From Thalia democratica (taxonomy: Eukaryota), in the NCBI GenBank assembly GCA_965202585.1, contig OZ241827.1, positions 57,908,001 through 57,972,000 on the forward strand: DNA of 64,000 nt, given 5' to 3'. The stretch's first letter is position 1. Each line of letters begins with the position of its first letter. The position numbers and the translations under genes were made by a program. A model generated the notes under the pieces. That model saw only the letters and a list, made by a program, of their open reading frames with translations, did not search any database and had not been told where the DNA came from. Shown piece by piece: positions 1-13,100 of the stretch.

Positions 1-3000
1 TGAAAAATATATGAGCTTTTTTGTCATTATATCACTGTGTAACTTGAATACATGCAAAATCATATTAAAGCGATTTAACCCTGTTTACAAAAGTCATTAT
101 TTTATATTTATTAGTTTATTGAACGACAAAAAAAAACGCTCAAAATTTTTGGTTTAGGAGCTGGTGCACTAAGAACCTTTCGGTTTTCAAGTCGATACAC
201 CACGGATACCTTTTAATGTCCTGTCTAGGACTGTTCATATTTTATAAAAGCAATTAAATACTGTTTTTTAATTAATAGAACATGTATGTATATATTAAAG
301 GTACAAATTTTATGCACAGCATATTGCCATAAATTTAGGTATTGTATATCTAGACATTGCAAATTTTTAGAGGTAAGTTTACTATACTATAACTGTTATG
401 ATTTTAGTATTAAACAAAAAAAAAACTTTTGGAAAGCTTTGTATACAACAGCATGGCTTTAAAATTAAATATCATTTGGTCACAAAGTTGAGGCAAAAGT
501 GACATTAATGGTGTCCATAAAGCAATTTACATGCACCTTAGAGGACGTAACCACTTTTGAAAAGAACAAAAACTTTGTTGTAGATATTTATACTCTTTAA
601 AAAACAGCTGTAGTTAATAAGTCATTAAATATTATGTTATTTTAATAGAACAGTATTATTGCGTTTTTGATGTCTTTTATATATTTCATATTATTCAAAA
701 TTTTTATAACTCATGCACTCATGATTAAATGATACTACATAATGTTAGCAAACAATTTTTGCTTTATAAGTATATTTTAGAATAAGACATATCAAGTCAC
801 AATTTTGTTTTTAATTAGTTTTTTATAGTTTGAAATTTATGTTATTTTCAACTATATTGATAGCTTTGCATTTATTTTATTAAAATATAAAAGTTTAAAA
901 CTGTTTTTACCCTAAATTTCCAAAATAAAAAAATTCAATTTTCAAACAAATATAATACTTTAATTAACTTAATCTTACTGATAGTGATTTTTTTTGCTCT
1001 TTTATTGACATTCAATAAGAAAAAAAAAAACTATGCGGAGATAGAAATATTTTCACATGAGACAACATCATAATTAACAATTTAATGATTCATTAAAACA
1101 GCAAATTTGTTTTGTCAACTCTGAGAATTTAATTCAAAATTGTGCCCAACTTTTGACAGTTTTGTAAACATAATTACTGCGTCTAATAGAAAATACTTAC
1201 AGGTGCAAAAGTTCAACTATTGTTCAATTTGACTTGTTATGACGGCTTTTTGTTTTTGTTGTAATCTACACCCGTTTTTAACTGAAATTGTCAAATATGG
1301 GCTTGCTCAAATTATCAGTTGCAGATTATAATGTGACAAATCTTACGGTTAGAAGTAACTGAATAATTATACTTTAGCAACTAAACTTTACGGGCGTTTT
1401 TTAAAAACACATGATTTTTTTTGTTTTTTTTTTTGTTATCTACAGTATGTTTTTACTGTTTAAAGCAATACTGATGTTTCCTGTAACCTCTTTTACTTAT
1501 AACTGTATATTCACTTGTTATCAATACTATGCACAAATATATAAATAGATATAACAAATGTAAGGATCTTTAATGTACTGTTTGTATTTTATATTTTTTA
1601 TTGGTAGCTAATGAGATTATCAATTGAGTTTGGTGTTTTTTTAAGAATAAAAAATATTGTTTTAAGATAAAGAAAAAATTTCTTAGACCTTATGTACAAT
1701 TTTTTTTTCGTTTGTATCTGTATAAATAAAGAATTGCAAACTAAATACTTTATTTACAACCAGGTTTCGGTGACAAAAAATTACGACCTCTTCAAGTAAA
1801 ATAAAATAGTTAACTGCACATAATAATGTTGCTTATCTATAATGTTATTTGAAATTATTCATGCATGACAATCTAAACAAAAAACCAAAATGTTAGATAT
1901 TCGAAAATTCAAGCTACAGTGTATAGTTAAGTAAAATTAGTACTAACTTTAAAACTAATTGCAATTAATAAATATAATGAGTTAAAAAAATTAACTCAAC
2001 TAAGAGCTGTTTTTTAAGTTTGAAGATATCTATACCTTGAAATTTATCTAAATGGAATAAAAAACTATCCAAAATTTAAATTTTAAGCCAAGTATCAACA
2101 AAACATTAACAAAACTCAAAGTCACTGAAAAATTTTAAATATATAGTTTTATTTAAGATAATGTAACTGTTAAAATGTAAACTAACTGTTTAACTAAATT
2201 AAACATTTCTTTTTTAAATTCTCTAAGTTCATCTGTTAATTTTGGTATAAATTTGAATTTAAAACAATTTTTTTCTCTGTTTCAATTAAGTTTGTATTAT
2301 ATTCTTCATCAGTACAAAAATTAATTTTAATTTTTACCCTTCTGCAAAAATTTCTAAGTTTGTCGAGGAGTTTTAGTTTGTATTCAATTTTGTTGCTTAT
2401 GGGTATATTTTTTTGTGATTAGTCAAAATTTAGTTTTTCATACACTGCCTTTGTTCTTTTAATCAATTGAAGGTGGTTTATATCTATAAAAAATTAAACA
2501 AAAAAACTGTTTAAGGCTAATTAAACTAGTTTCTCCATAAACTTCTTTTTAAAATAGTTTAACAGAGTACAAAAATTAGATATAGTTTTCAGTTAAAGTA
2601 CACGTTTAAATACTTATTATTTTAAAAACAGCTATTTTACATGTAAACTTAAATGTTTAATCAACATAACGTGTAATAGCAAATTAGTAATAAGAAAGTA
2701 TTTCAGCGTGTATATTAATTAGTACAAGATTTACTTTAGATAATTTTTTTATCACTTAAATAGCTTTTACTAAAGTTAACGTGTTACTTGACTATTTGAA
2801 TGCAAAGACATTAAGCAAAACTGTACTTTGTTATTAAAATTAATCAAATAATCTTAATTCTTAAAGTTCTTGAAAGCTTTTTGCTTCAATTTAAGTTTTT
2901 TTAGTTACAATTTAGAAATTTTGTATATCATATTATTACTTATGAACAAATTTACTTTTAAACTATCTTTTTGAAAACAAAACTATAATGTTTTTTGAAA

Positions 3001-6000
3001 TTTATAAAACAAACTGTCTATTAACATTTAAAGTAAAAATGTCAAAGATACATTATTATTTCTTTGATTTTTAAAGTGTTATTTTTTAAGAACTTGGTTG
3101 ACAACTGTAAGAATTAGTTAGATGTTTTTATAATTTTTTTTATAAAAAAAGAGATGCTTTAAAGCTAAAACAACATAATAAAAATAATACGTACAAATTA
3201 AAGCCGAAAAATGCAACTGCTTAATTTCGCATTTGCATACAGGCATACCAATTTCATGGGATTTGTTTTAGTTTCTTACATTACTTTTATATCTAGCTTA
3301 AGTTTTAACTCCACATCAACTTTATGCTTTATTCAAAACACATGTTCATGGCGCAGCAGATGGCTATTTTTTAATATACAAGCTTACAACTCTCAGTAAA
3401 CATTAAAGCATATGTAAACACGAACCAATGATAATTGGAGGTCTTAGGTCAAAGTACACACACGACCTGACATACTGGGGTAATAAATCAAAAGCTTTTG
3501 TTTTAACCACGCAACAGACGCTAGTAATGTATACAAAATATTTTGAGCTACTGATGCGTACTAACTGTATCCGAAAAATAAATGTTTTTAGTCTAAACAG
3601 AGTTGATGTTTATGATCGAGTTTTCAAATTCAAAAGAGCATTTGTTTTAAGAACCTTCATAGCTCTTGAGAATAAAAACAAATTTAATTTATTTAATCCC
3701 TTGTTAAAAACTTTCAAAACAAGTGTTTCCGCAAATCTAAAAATTTAAATGGTACCGTTGACGAAAACTCTAACTAAGAATATATAATCCCTGTTATTTC
3801 ATAACAAAAATGTTTATTCACATAGTTCGCAATGATAATGAAAGTATCTTATAAATATGCCAACAAATTTTTAAACATAACATTAGATTTATTACAAGTT
3901 TAACATAAAAAATTCATACATTATAAGTTCTGATTGTGTTATAATAACTTGTTTGATTCATTGTTGTATTTTTCATCAAAATGGATTAACTTAGCATTCA
4001 AACTTGTTAGCTCCAAATATTTTAAATAAAACTTGTCATCTACTGATTAAAATAGACAATAAAAAAATTGATTGAAAGATACTTGAAATATTTTTAAAAA
4101 CAAATGAACGATTAGTTCGCTGATGTAATTTGTTTTTTAGTTGTCAAGACTACGCAATTGTCACGCATTAATGACCATGTAACACTGCAGAAATGATTGG
4201 TTTAGCAAAACGTGTAAAGATTAACTTATTTTCCCATTTATTGTAAAAAAATTAGATAATAAAATAAGTTCCTACTCTTTATTTTTGTGTATTATTATAA
4301 AGTAATATAACAAAAGTATAGTTTTTATATGCCTACAACTTATAATAGTGTGTACTTCGTTTTCAAAGAAAATTAAAAAACCTAATTAATTTAAGAAAGT
4401 CAAAGTACATAATGTGATATTGTGTAAAAATAACGAAAGCATGAAGTATTTCTTAGCATTAAAGTTCTAAATATTAATAAATAATTTTACAAGTTGTTTA
4501 AACAAACAACTAGACCTTAAAAAACATTAGTAGTTTGTTTTTTATTAAAGATCCCAAAACTTACACCAAAAAGTAAAAGAAAAAAAAAACATTTATAATA
4601 ATGTCTATAAAAAAGTATAACATATTTTATTTTTTTATAATTAATAATTTAATAAATAATTTTCTTGAAATTAACACAACAGGTATATACTGTTTCTTTA
4701 AATGTAGCATTTTGCTGGTTTTCACTATTATATTTTATTTGTTTATTGTAACTTATATCATTTTTTTGATTTTTTGATTATTAACCAAAGTTAATTCTTA
4801 TTTTTTCTTTTTATTAATAAAATTGTTTTGTAAAAGAAGCTATTTATACTTTGAAAGCTTTGTTCAAGATATACGAGTATTGAGTATAATTCTAAAACTC
4901 AAAGTTCTAATTGCATTAAAGTAATAAGTAAAAAAAAAAGTGCAATCGTTTATCTAAAACTCATTGTATAAACTTCAAAATTAATTTTTTATATAAAGCA
5001 TTAATCTAGACAAGTGAAGTAGTACTAAAAATCGAAGTCATTTTTAACACATATGTAAATCATACCGTCAAACTTTAAACGTTACTTTTTAAAACTAACA
5101 TTTTTCAGGCATAAAAAGCTCGTTTTCTGAGTAAAAAAATCTTTAAATGCTTAATGCAAGTTTCATAAAAACTTTCGGTGTTAAGCTGAGTAATCCTATT
5201 TGTAATATAATAATTTCATTATAGTAAACACGGTATGGTGATACTATTGATCTTTTTTGGTGGCATAACATCATTCAATAAACAGTTTTAAGCTTTCATT
5301 AAACAGCTTTGAACTATTACTTACGAAAACATGCTGTTAATCTACTAAGTTGTACTGTTGAAGTGTAAGTTCGTTTATTCCTAATTTAATTTACTTCTTT
5401 AGTCATGCATTTAACTACGTTAGCTAAAGAAAAAAGATAAGTTTACTTTTTTAGCGTAAATCAAACTAAATGACTTTAGCGAAAAACAATTAGTTTAGAA
5501 TATTTTACTTTACACTTAGTTCAAAACTTAGAATAAAATAATTTACCAAATATTTCAATAATGTTTTATATTATTCTCATGAGATTATAAAATCACCAAC
5601 AAATAAGTCTATTTCAAAATATTTAATTCTTTATTTTACATGCTAGTTTGTTTTGTATTTAATTTTTATACCATGTTTGGTTTTAATATTTTACCAAAGT
5701 GAAGAAAATTTTTTTACAAGTTCTAACTGTAGAAATAAGAAACCTCAAACATGTGTTATTAACTTTACAAATACTTTTTAGAAACATTTAAATACATTGC
5801 TATAATTAACATTATCCTTTTAAAGTGAATTAAGAAAAATAAAATAACATTATCTTATTTAAAATTACAAGAATTGATATCTTTTAACTTTTAATGCTAT
5901 TTTTTAAACTTTACTAAACAGAACTATAAAATCAATTAAACAAATGAAATTAAATTCAGTTTTATTTATACGAGTATTAAGTTTTATAAGTTTGTTTGAA

Positions 6001-8789
6001 TTGGAAAAATATTTAACCTACTAAAATTTTCAAGGTAATCTGTTGTGTTGTATCTAGATAAAACAATTTTTTGTTGTTACTTAAAAGCACTACTACTGAG
6101 TACAAGAGCTTGAGAAAAATTTAAATAAAGTTAAAAAAGAGTGATTAATCTCATGTGTAGTATACAAAAAAAAGTTTTTGGTTTTCAAATTATGTTATAA
6201 AAAACTATGTTAAAATTTTTGTACTATAGTTTAAGTTAACTAAATGGTGAAGTTTAAATAAGAAAAATGTATACTTTCATTTTTAGCAACAGTTACTGAC
6301 TTAACAAAGTTCGTACATTCTTAACCGCTGAATGATACAGTTAAGTTAGTATAAAAAAAATATTTTAACTTTTTTTTTTCATAGCTTTAAGTTTAAAAAC
6401 TGCTAATAACAATTGAAGCTTAAAACCGTATAATAAACTTAGTGTTTATATTTATCAATAAAAAAATATAAAAAACTTTTAAAAGCATTAACTTTCAAGC
6501 TTTCTGTGTTTATAATTGATTATAAAAAGCTTTAAGAGTATATGTTTTTGTTATTAACTTTGTTTTTAGTACCAATAATATAAGAATTTTAATTAAAAAA
6601 AAAAGCTTTAAGAAACAAAAAAAAAACGTTTATAGTGTAAATAAAACACGCTGCTAAGTAGCAAAGATGTGCAACCGTTCAAGTTTGTGGTGAAGTGTCA
6701 GCTGAGTCAACAACACCGAACGCGAGGCTCCTACACCTCACCAATGGTCAAAATATTTCCTCTTTATCGTAACCAGCTTACGTTCGAGTGCATGTTATAC
6801 AAAACATTCGAGCTTCTAAAGTGTACTTAAGCTCGAACAGATAACATTTCATGACAGCTCTATGCACTGTTGCTTGACGTTTTTGTGATGTGGTAATGTG
6901 TTTTTAATTAAACAAACCTGATGTTTTTTTTTAATTATCAAATGATTAAGTTCTTTAAACATTTTGTTAATAATTGAAACTTACGGAACTTTTATTTACA
7001 AAAAATAGTTTTAATGCTCAATTCAATAAAAGTATATTGATGTACTTATAATTATATATTAATAGTATTAAACTACTTATAAAAACATAAAAGCAATTAA
7101 TACGTTTTAAAAATAAAACATAATATACTAAAAACTTTGTTTTTAATAACAATTAACTTTTTGCTTAAAAAATACACTTCCTATTTATTTTTCAACAACC
7201 TTAATTTATATGAAAATACATCAACTTTACAATTTCAATGAATTAATTAAAGACTAGCCGAAAAAAATTCAATGTTTAGATGTTTTTTAAAGCACAAAGC
7301 TCTGTAGAGTTTAGTTTATTTTAAATTTGGATTAACTAATGTTTTTTGAAATTATGTAAAAGAGTGAGAGATAAAATTTATTTTAAATTTGTTAAGTTAA
7401 TCTTATTATTCTTAATAAACTATGTTAACTAAAAAAAGTGCTAAAATAATTTAAAAAGTGTGTTAGTTAATTTTTCAACTAGATTTTTAAATAAATTTCA
7501 ATTTTTTCAATGTTCTACTTTTAGTATGAAAAGCTATTAACATCTAGAAAATTTTCTAGATTCAAGTCTTTTAAATAAATTTTTGTTATACACTCTCAAT
7601 AGAAATTTTTAATTTTTATGCTTATTGTCTCATTGAAGACAAGTGGTATGTTAAAGCCGTTAGAGCTCCAAACATTTTTACAAATGTTTAGTATTTTAAA
7701 CAGTGTTTATTACAACTCGGTTTGATCAATGTGTTGTCCTTATAGTTTAGTTTGAAAATAAACTTTAATTTCGCGGTTAGTTAAGTCTTATAAAAATATT
7801 GTTCTTGAAAGTTGTGACTGAATGAGCTTTTTTTTTGTTAGCTTATTAGCTGGCCTACAATTAAAAGACTTTTTTTGAAAATTTATAAATGAATAAAATT
7901 TCTACTAATTCACAATACTTACTAATGAACTTGTTTTATTTTAAATTTACATAAATGATTAATGTTAGCCATCAAAACTGCTTACATAAGATTTATATAA
8001 TGATAAATAACTGTTAATGTATTATAATCACATAATGGTTTAAACTTATGACTTATAGTGTAAAATGTTTTTTAATGTGTGTATCTAAAACAGTTAAAAT
8101 GAATGAGTGGTTTTAAGCTCGATAATCTAAAGATCTGTTTTTAAACCCGGTTTATTAATTATATATGTTTAAGTATATTTTTTGAGTTATTTTCATCTTT
8201 TATTTGAACTATATATTTTCTTTCTTTATGTGTTTATTAGGATTAATGGTTCAATAAGCTGCTTGTAAAATACTTAATTAAAAAATATTTTTTCTCGCTT
8301 TTCTTCAGAATTTTTTACGAAAATTTTAAGATTAAATGTTTTTGTGCATTTTTATAGTATAAGCTAACAAACTTTTAAAGTTTTATTGTTTTTTTTTTAT
8401 ATGTATTTGCTTTAAAAAATAAAAATTTTTGGGTAAAATCTAGTATAAAAAAATAGATAAAATTACAACAAAACTTAATTTAGCTATAGTTTTCAGCTAA
8501 CTATGTGGAAAAAAATCATATGAATAAAAGCTTCAAAAAGTAGTTTTATAATTTTAATACAGTATTTTGCAAAATGAAAATATTTAAATATTGATGAAGC
8601 TCACAAAAATTAGTAAATTAGTAAAGCAATCTAAATAAGTTATTTTTTAGATTCGTTTTCGATTAAATTTAATTTAACAATAAACTTTGTGTGTATTTTA
8701 TTGCACAGTGTTTTATAACTGAAAACAAATATTTTTATATCTAACTATTTTGAATAATTTTTGAAGGATTATCTCTTTTTTTTACAATA

Positions 8790-9907
8790 AATATTAGTTT
8801 ATAAGATTAGACAATTTGTAAAACTTTTAGTTGTTAAGAGTAGATTAAAATAAAAATTGAGCAATAAATAAATTTAAGTTTTTATACAGTACAAATTAAG
8901 TTTTTTACGTCACGTGATGAAGTTACATGTGACAAACACGTGTTTTATGTGTTGTTCTTAATCTATTTTAATATAAAATATTTTATATGAAAACAGTTTA
9001 TAAAAATTAGTCTTTTATTAAGCTATACTGGCCAGTTTATTTTGTTTTTAAGAGTTTATAATTTTAGTTATGACAAACACGTATAATTTTATTTATATTT
9101 ATTTATATAGCTAAGTTAATCTTAAACGTTGCTAGTACTGGCAAACACTAAACACAAGTACTAACAATTAGTTAATGTTTCATGTATAACAGTATTTTTA
9201 TTTTAGGGAAATATAAAATAAATCATACATAAAACCTTTAATATTAAGCTGTAAAAATATATAAGCAGAAAGTTGTATAACAAATAACTGTTTAGGATAT
9301 AAGCAGTTTATTAGGCAGTGAAATGAAATATAAAAGTAAAAGAAAACTAAATATGATTTGTTTATATCAAAACAGTATGTCAAACAATTTAAAAAAAAAA
9401 TGTTTGTATCTTAAAATCGAAAAGTACTTTTTGATATATGAAACTTTATTTTTTCTAAACTACATAACTATTGAGATTTAAAGCTATTCTAAATAGCTTA
9501 TCGTTTGCTTTAAAGAAAAGACTTTTTCGAAAAACAATTGAAGAAACTAAAAAAAATTAATTTTTATTTTAGCAGCAAACTAAATAAAAAAAACAAGTAT
9601 ATTTATAAATCTAAATTAAATAATTAAATAATTAGGCCTATAATACATTTAAAAACCAAAGGCAGTTTCTATAAACTTTAACAGTTTAACTTTCGTCAGA
9701 AAATAATCTTTGAAATATATTGTTAAAACCTTTAGCAAGTTTTGATACTTTCAGTATACAAAAGGCTTAAAGTGTCATAACTCAAAACTACCATCTACAG
9801 TTTCATGCTATCTAAGTAAAGTAAAGTGAAGTTTAAACAAAATATGCTAACAATATTTTAGGTCAGTCCTGTAGAACTTAAGTAAATTAGAATTATCTAA
9901 ATTTTTC
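8790..9907. repeat. Copy 1 of a diverged direct duplication (ADAMTSL stop, 3' UTR and downstream flank)
   Basis: Colinear similarity with 62170-64000, including 49/50-nt and 34/34-nt blocks. Confidence 0.9.
9307..9312 (-). terminator. Candidate polyadenylation signal AATAAA of the ADAMTSL gene (3' UTR about 600 nt)
   Basis: AATAAA on minus strand, inside a 34-nt block identical between 9291-9324 and 63403-63436. Confidence 0.55.
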
Positions 9908-10137
9908 CCTGCACCCTCACAAGTTTTTCGCTGCAGGGGATTCTGTTGCAGGGGGCGGAAACCTGAGGTCGTTTCGTCGCTAGGCAACGCCCCCTGGCGG
10001 TCTGCTTCGGCCTGCCCTTGTAATAGCAGGCCAGAATTCTGGTTTTTATGCCATGGCTGCCGCAAGTTGCCGAGCAAACGGACCAGGGACTCGGTCTCCA
10101 AACAGGCTGACATCGGATATTTGGGCAGCTTTGTTTT
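9897..10137 (-). CDS. ADAMTSL1/3: ADAMTSL exon 34 (terminal): TSR12 end and TSR13
   Basis: tcaccag|[26 protein letters not shown]...[20 protein letters not shown]. Confidence 0.9.
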
Positions 10138-13100
10138 CTGGTGAAAAATGCATTTCTATAGCATTTTTGGTTATAAAAGTAATGTATTAAGAAGAAAATA
10201 TGTAAATGCAATGAAATAAACTCAAATTGTTTGATAAATTATTTTTAATCATTAATAAATGACGTATTGTTTCTGAAGTTTTATCATTAGAAACTTACTT
10301 TTCTGGTCTCGGCAGGTTTTTGCAGTGGGACTTTTGGACGATTGTGCCGTTGTTAGCCACGCAGTGGACCTGCCTCAATTGAATTCCAATTCCGTTTCCG
10401 TAACACTTCTTGCTACACTGTTAGTTTGTTACTTACGTTTAACAAAAAAGCTATTTAGTTTAGTCGTTGAAAAAAACAGAACATAAAAATGATTTTAGAG
10501 TTTTTTACTGAAACTGTATTAAAATTTAATTTGAGACAGTAGGTGAGTACAATATTTAAAATCCTTCACAAAATCACCGAATCTAACCTGTTTCCATGGT
10601 TTTGGTTTCCACTCAGGGCACGAGTTACTGAAACAGGTTTCTTTTTGTGGCGGAAGTTGCTGGTTGCTACGGCAACTTTCCATGGCAACCTGACGAACAG
10701 TTCCGTCTGACATGAGAACCACACAGGATATTTTCCTAAATCTTGTTCCATTTCCGCAATCAATTGAACATTTGCTCCATTCGTTTGCGTAATACCTTTT
10801 ATAATATATGTTAAAGTTAGTTCGTTTCTAATAAAGTGGCATCAAACGGTTTTGCAGTAATTGTTAAAGACTTTAATATAACAAATATTGATATAATTGC
10901 TGAACACAAAACTTTTGAATTAAGATAAATAAAAAGTTACGCAATAATGTAATGCAATAATTTAAGTGGTTAAAAAAATATATGTAACTACTTCTCTGCA
11001 TCTTGTGAAAAGTCGAAAAGTGGTTGTAAAGTCTAAACTTATATGTAAAAACTTGTAAAAATTAGTTCAAAGACTTTGTTTAAAAAGTAAAAAGGGTTTA
11101 AATGCGCTAAAAGTAAAATAAAAGTCAGATATGAGTAATTAAAAAGTCAGCACTTGACATTAAAGACTAATTATTTCCTGTAAAACTTTTAAATAACATG
11201 TTTGAACTCTAATCCGCCTAATCTAGGTAACAACTTCTATGACCTAAATTCGCTGAAAAACGTAAATATGCTTTTCTAGCTTCTACTTTTATGTTCATAA
11301 ATGTTTTTATAGTTTTGTATTCACAAAGGGCATAATGCAAGCGTACGTAACTTTATACATACATATTTATTGATTTTTTAATTAAACACAAATAAATTGT
11401 TTAGATATTTTATTTAACGACGAAGAAGCGCTAAAAGCTTGGTCTAAGAACCTGGTGTATAAAAATATTTCGGTAATCGAGTCATACAGTTTAATGTTTT
11501 GCCTAAGGCGATTTTTGTTAATTAACTTACAACAACATTAAAGTACTAACTGTGGCGGACAGTCTTTTCTGTTGCAGGACCGGGTTTCAACTTGCGGCTT
11601 GGCCACTCCTTTGCAGTACCAATCGTCCACCGTCCTCACTCCGTCTTCTATGCACAACAGCTTGTCAGTGATGGTTCCCGTGTTCCCGCACTTTGCACTG
11701 CATTCCGTCAACCCCTCCTTTTGGTAATTGTATACTGAAAATAAATAAGAAATTGAGTGCAAGGCAGTTTTTAGGCTATAGTAGTCTTTATAAAAATTTA
11801 ATTTTTCAACCAAAAACTTCATATTTTTTGTTTTATAAAGCTTTTTCAAAAACTTTTAATGTAACAAACAATATGTATGTTTGTCAGTTATTATGAAAAG
11901 TAATATTAACGGTATAAAGCATAAAACAAATGTTTAACAATATCAAAAAAAAAAAAAGTCTTTCAGGTAAATGATAGTAAAAAATACCTTAAAATACAGT
12001 AGATTCATATTCAAAAATATGAAGCTTAAAAGTAAACTTACTGGTAATTTTCAGTTGAAGACTAGCATCTGCCGATCCTGCTGTGTTTGTTCCCTTGCAA
12101 GAGTAATCGCCAACTGAAACGTTGTTGAAGTTGCTGATTGAAAGAACTTTGTTGTTGTGCATCAGTCTGTATTTTGTCGAACTGTTTGTTGTTTCTATGG
12201 CACTTCCTTTGAACATCCATTTTATTGTTAGTTCCGGATACCCAGTCAATGGACAACCTATACGTATCATTAACTAAATTATTCATGTTTATTATTTGTT
12301 TAACAAGTTTAGTCAGTATTGAAACCTACCCATCATAACAGTGGTGTTCGCTTTAACTCTGTAAATTGGATCGTTATAACCGGTTAATAAAAGTTCTGGA
12401 AGTCCATTTATTTCATTTGAGTTTCGAACTACTCCATCATTTGAAATATGAGGCGGGTCTGTTTATTTAATTTAAAAAGTTTTGAATAAAACTTAAAATT
12501 TATTTCGTATAAAAATCAAAATTTATTTATACTCTATTGAACTTCCACTATTACAGTACTACAACAGATAAAATTTTCTACAGGTACTGTACATTCTACA
12601 ATTTATTTAAAGTTACAGTAAATACTCTTAGTAACAAAACTATATAATTGAAACTAGTTAAATGAAAAGAAGAGAAATTTTTTAAACTAAAAAACTTTAT
12701 TTATACCAAATTAACGTTTGATTTCTAATAAATAGATTTGTTGTATAACTTAATTAGAAGTTGCTATTCTAAGTATAAACTAAAACTTTTTTTTTGAAAA
12801 AAAAAAGATCTAGTTTAAATTGTGAAAATAATAAAAATTATACATATTAATGGTTTTACATGACGGTATTTTTTAAGATTTGTTAATAATTACAAGCTTT
12901 GAAGCAGTTAAAATCTATACTCACCGACAATTTCTAGTATAGTTGCTTGGTAAGAGCTACCAAAAGGGTTTGTTGCTAAGCAACTGAAATGTCCCGTGTC
13001 AGCCAAAGTGGTGGGAAATATTTCCAAAGAATTGTCGATTAAAATTTGTGAGTTTCTTTGAAGACCGTTGACGTCTTTGTTCCATTGAACAAATGGTTCT

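Noticed and set aside
3428-3748. 106-aa plus-strand ORF
   Set aside because: AT-rich codon composition (F/K/N/L), no recognisable domain or splice context.
7620-7760. Remnant CCP exon downstream of copy 1 (SNGF...VFNETI versus SDGF...VFDGTV)
   Set aside because: Only a few short matches and flanks do not align; indistinguishable from chance by eye.
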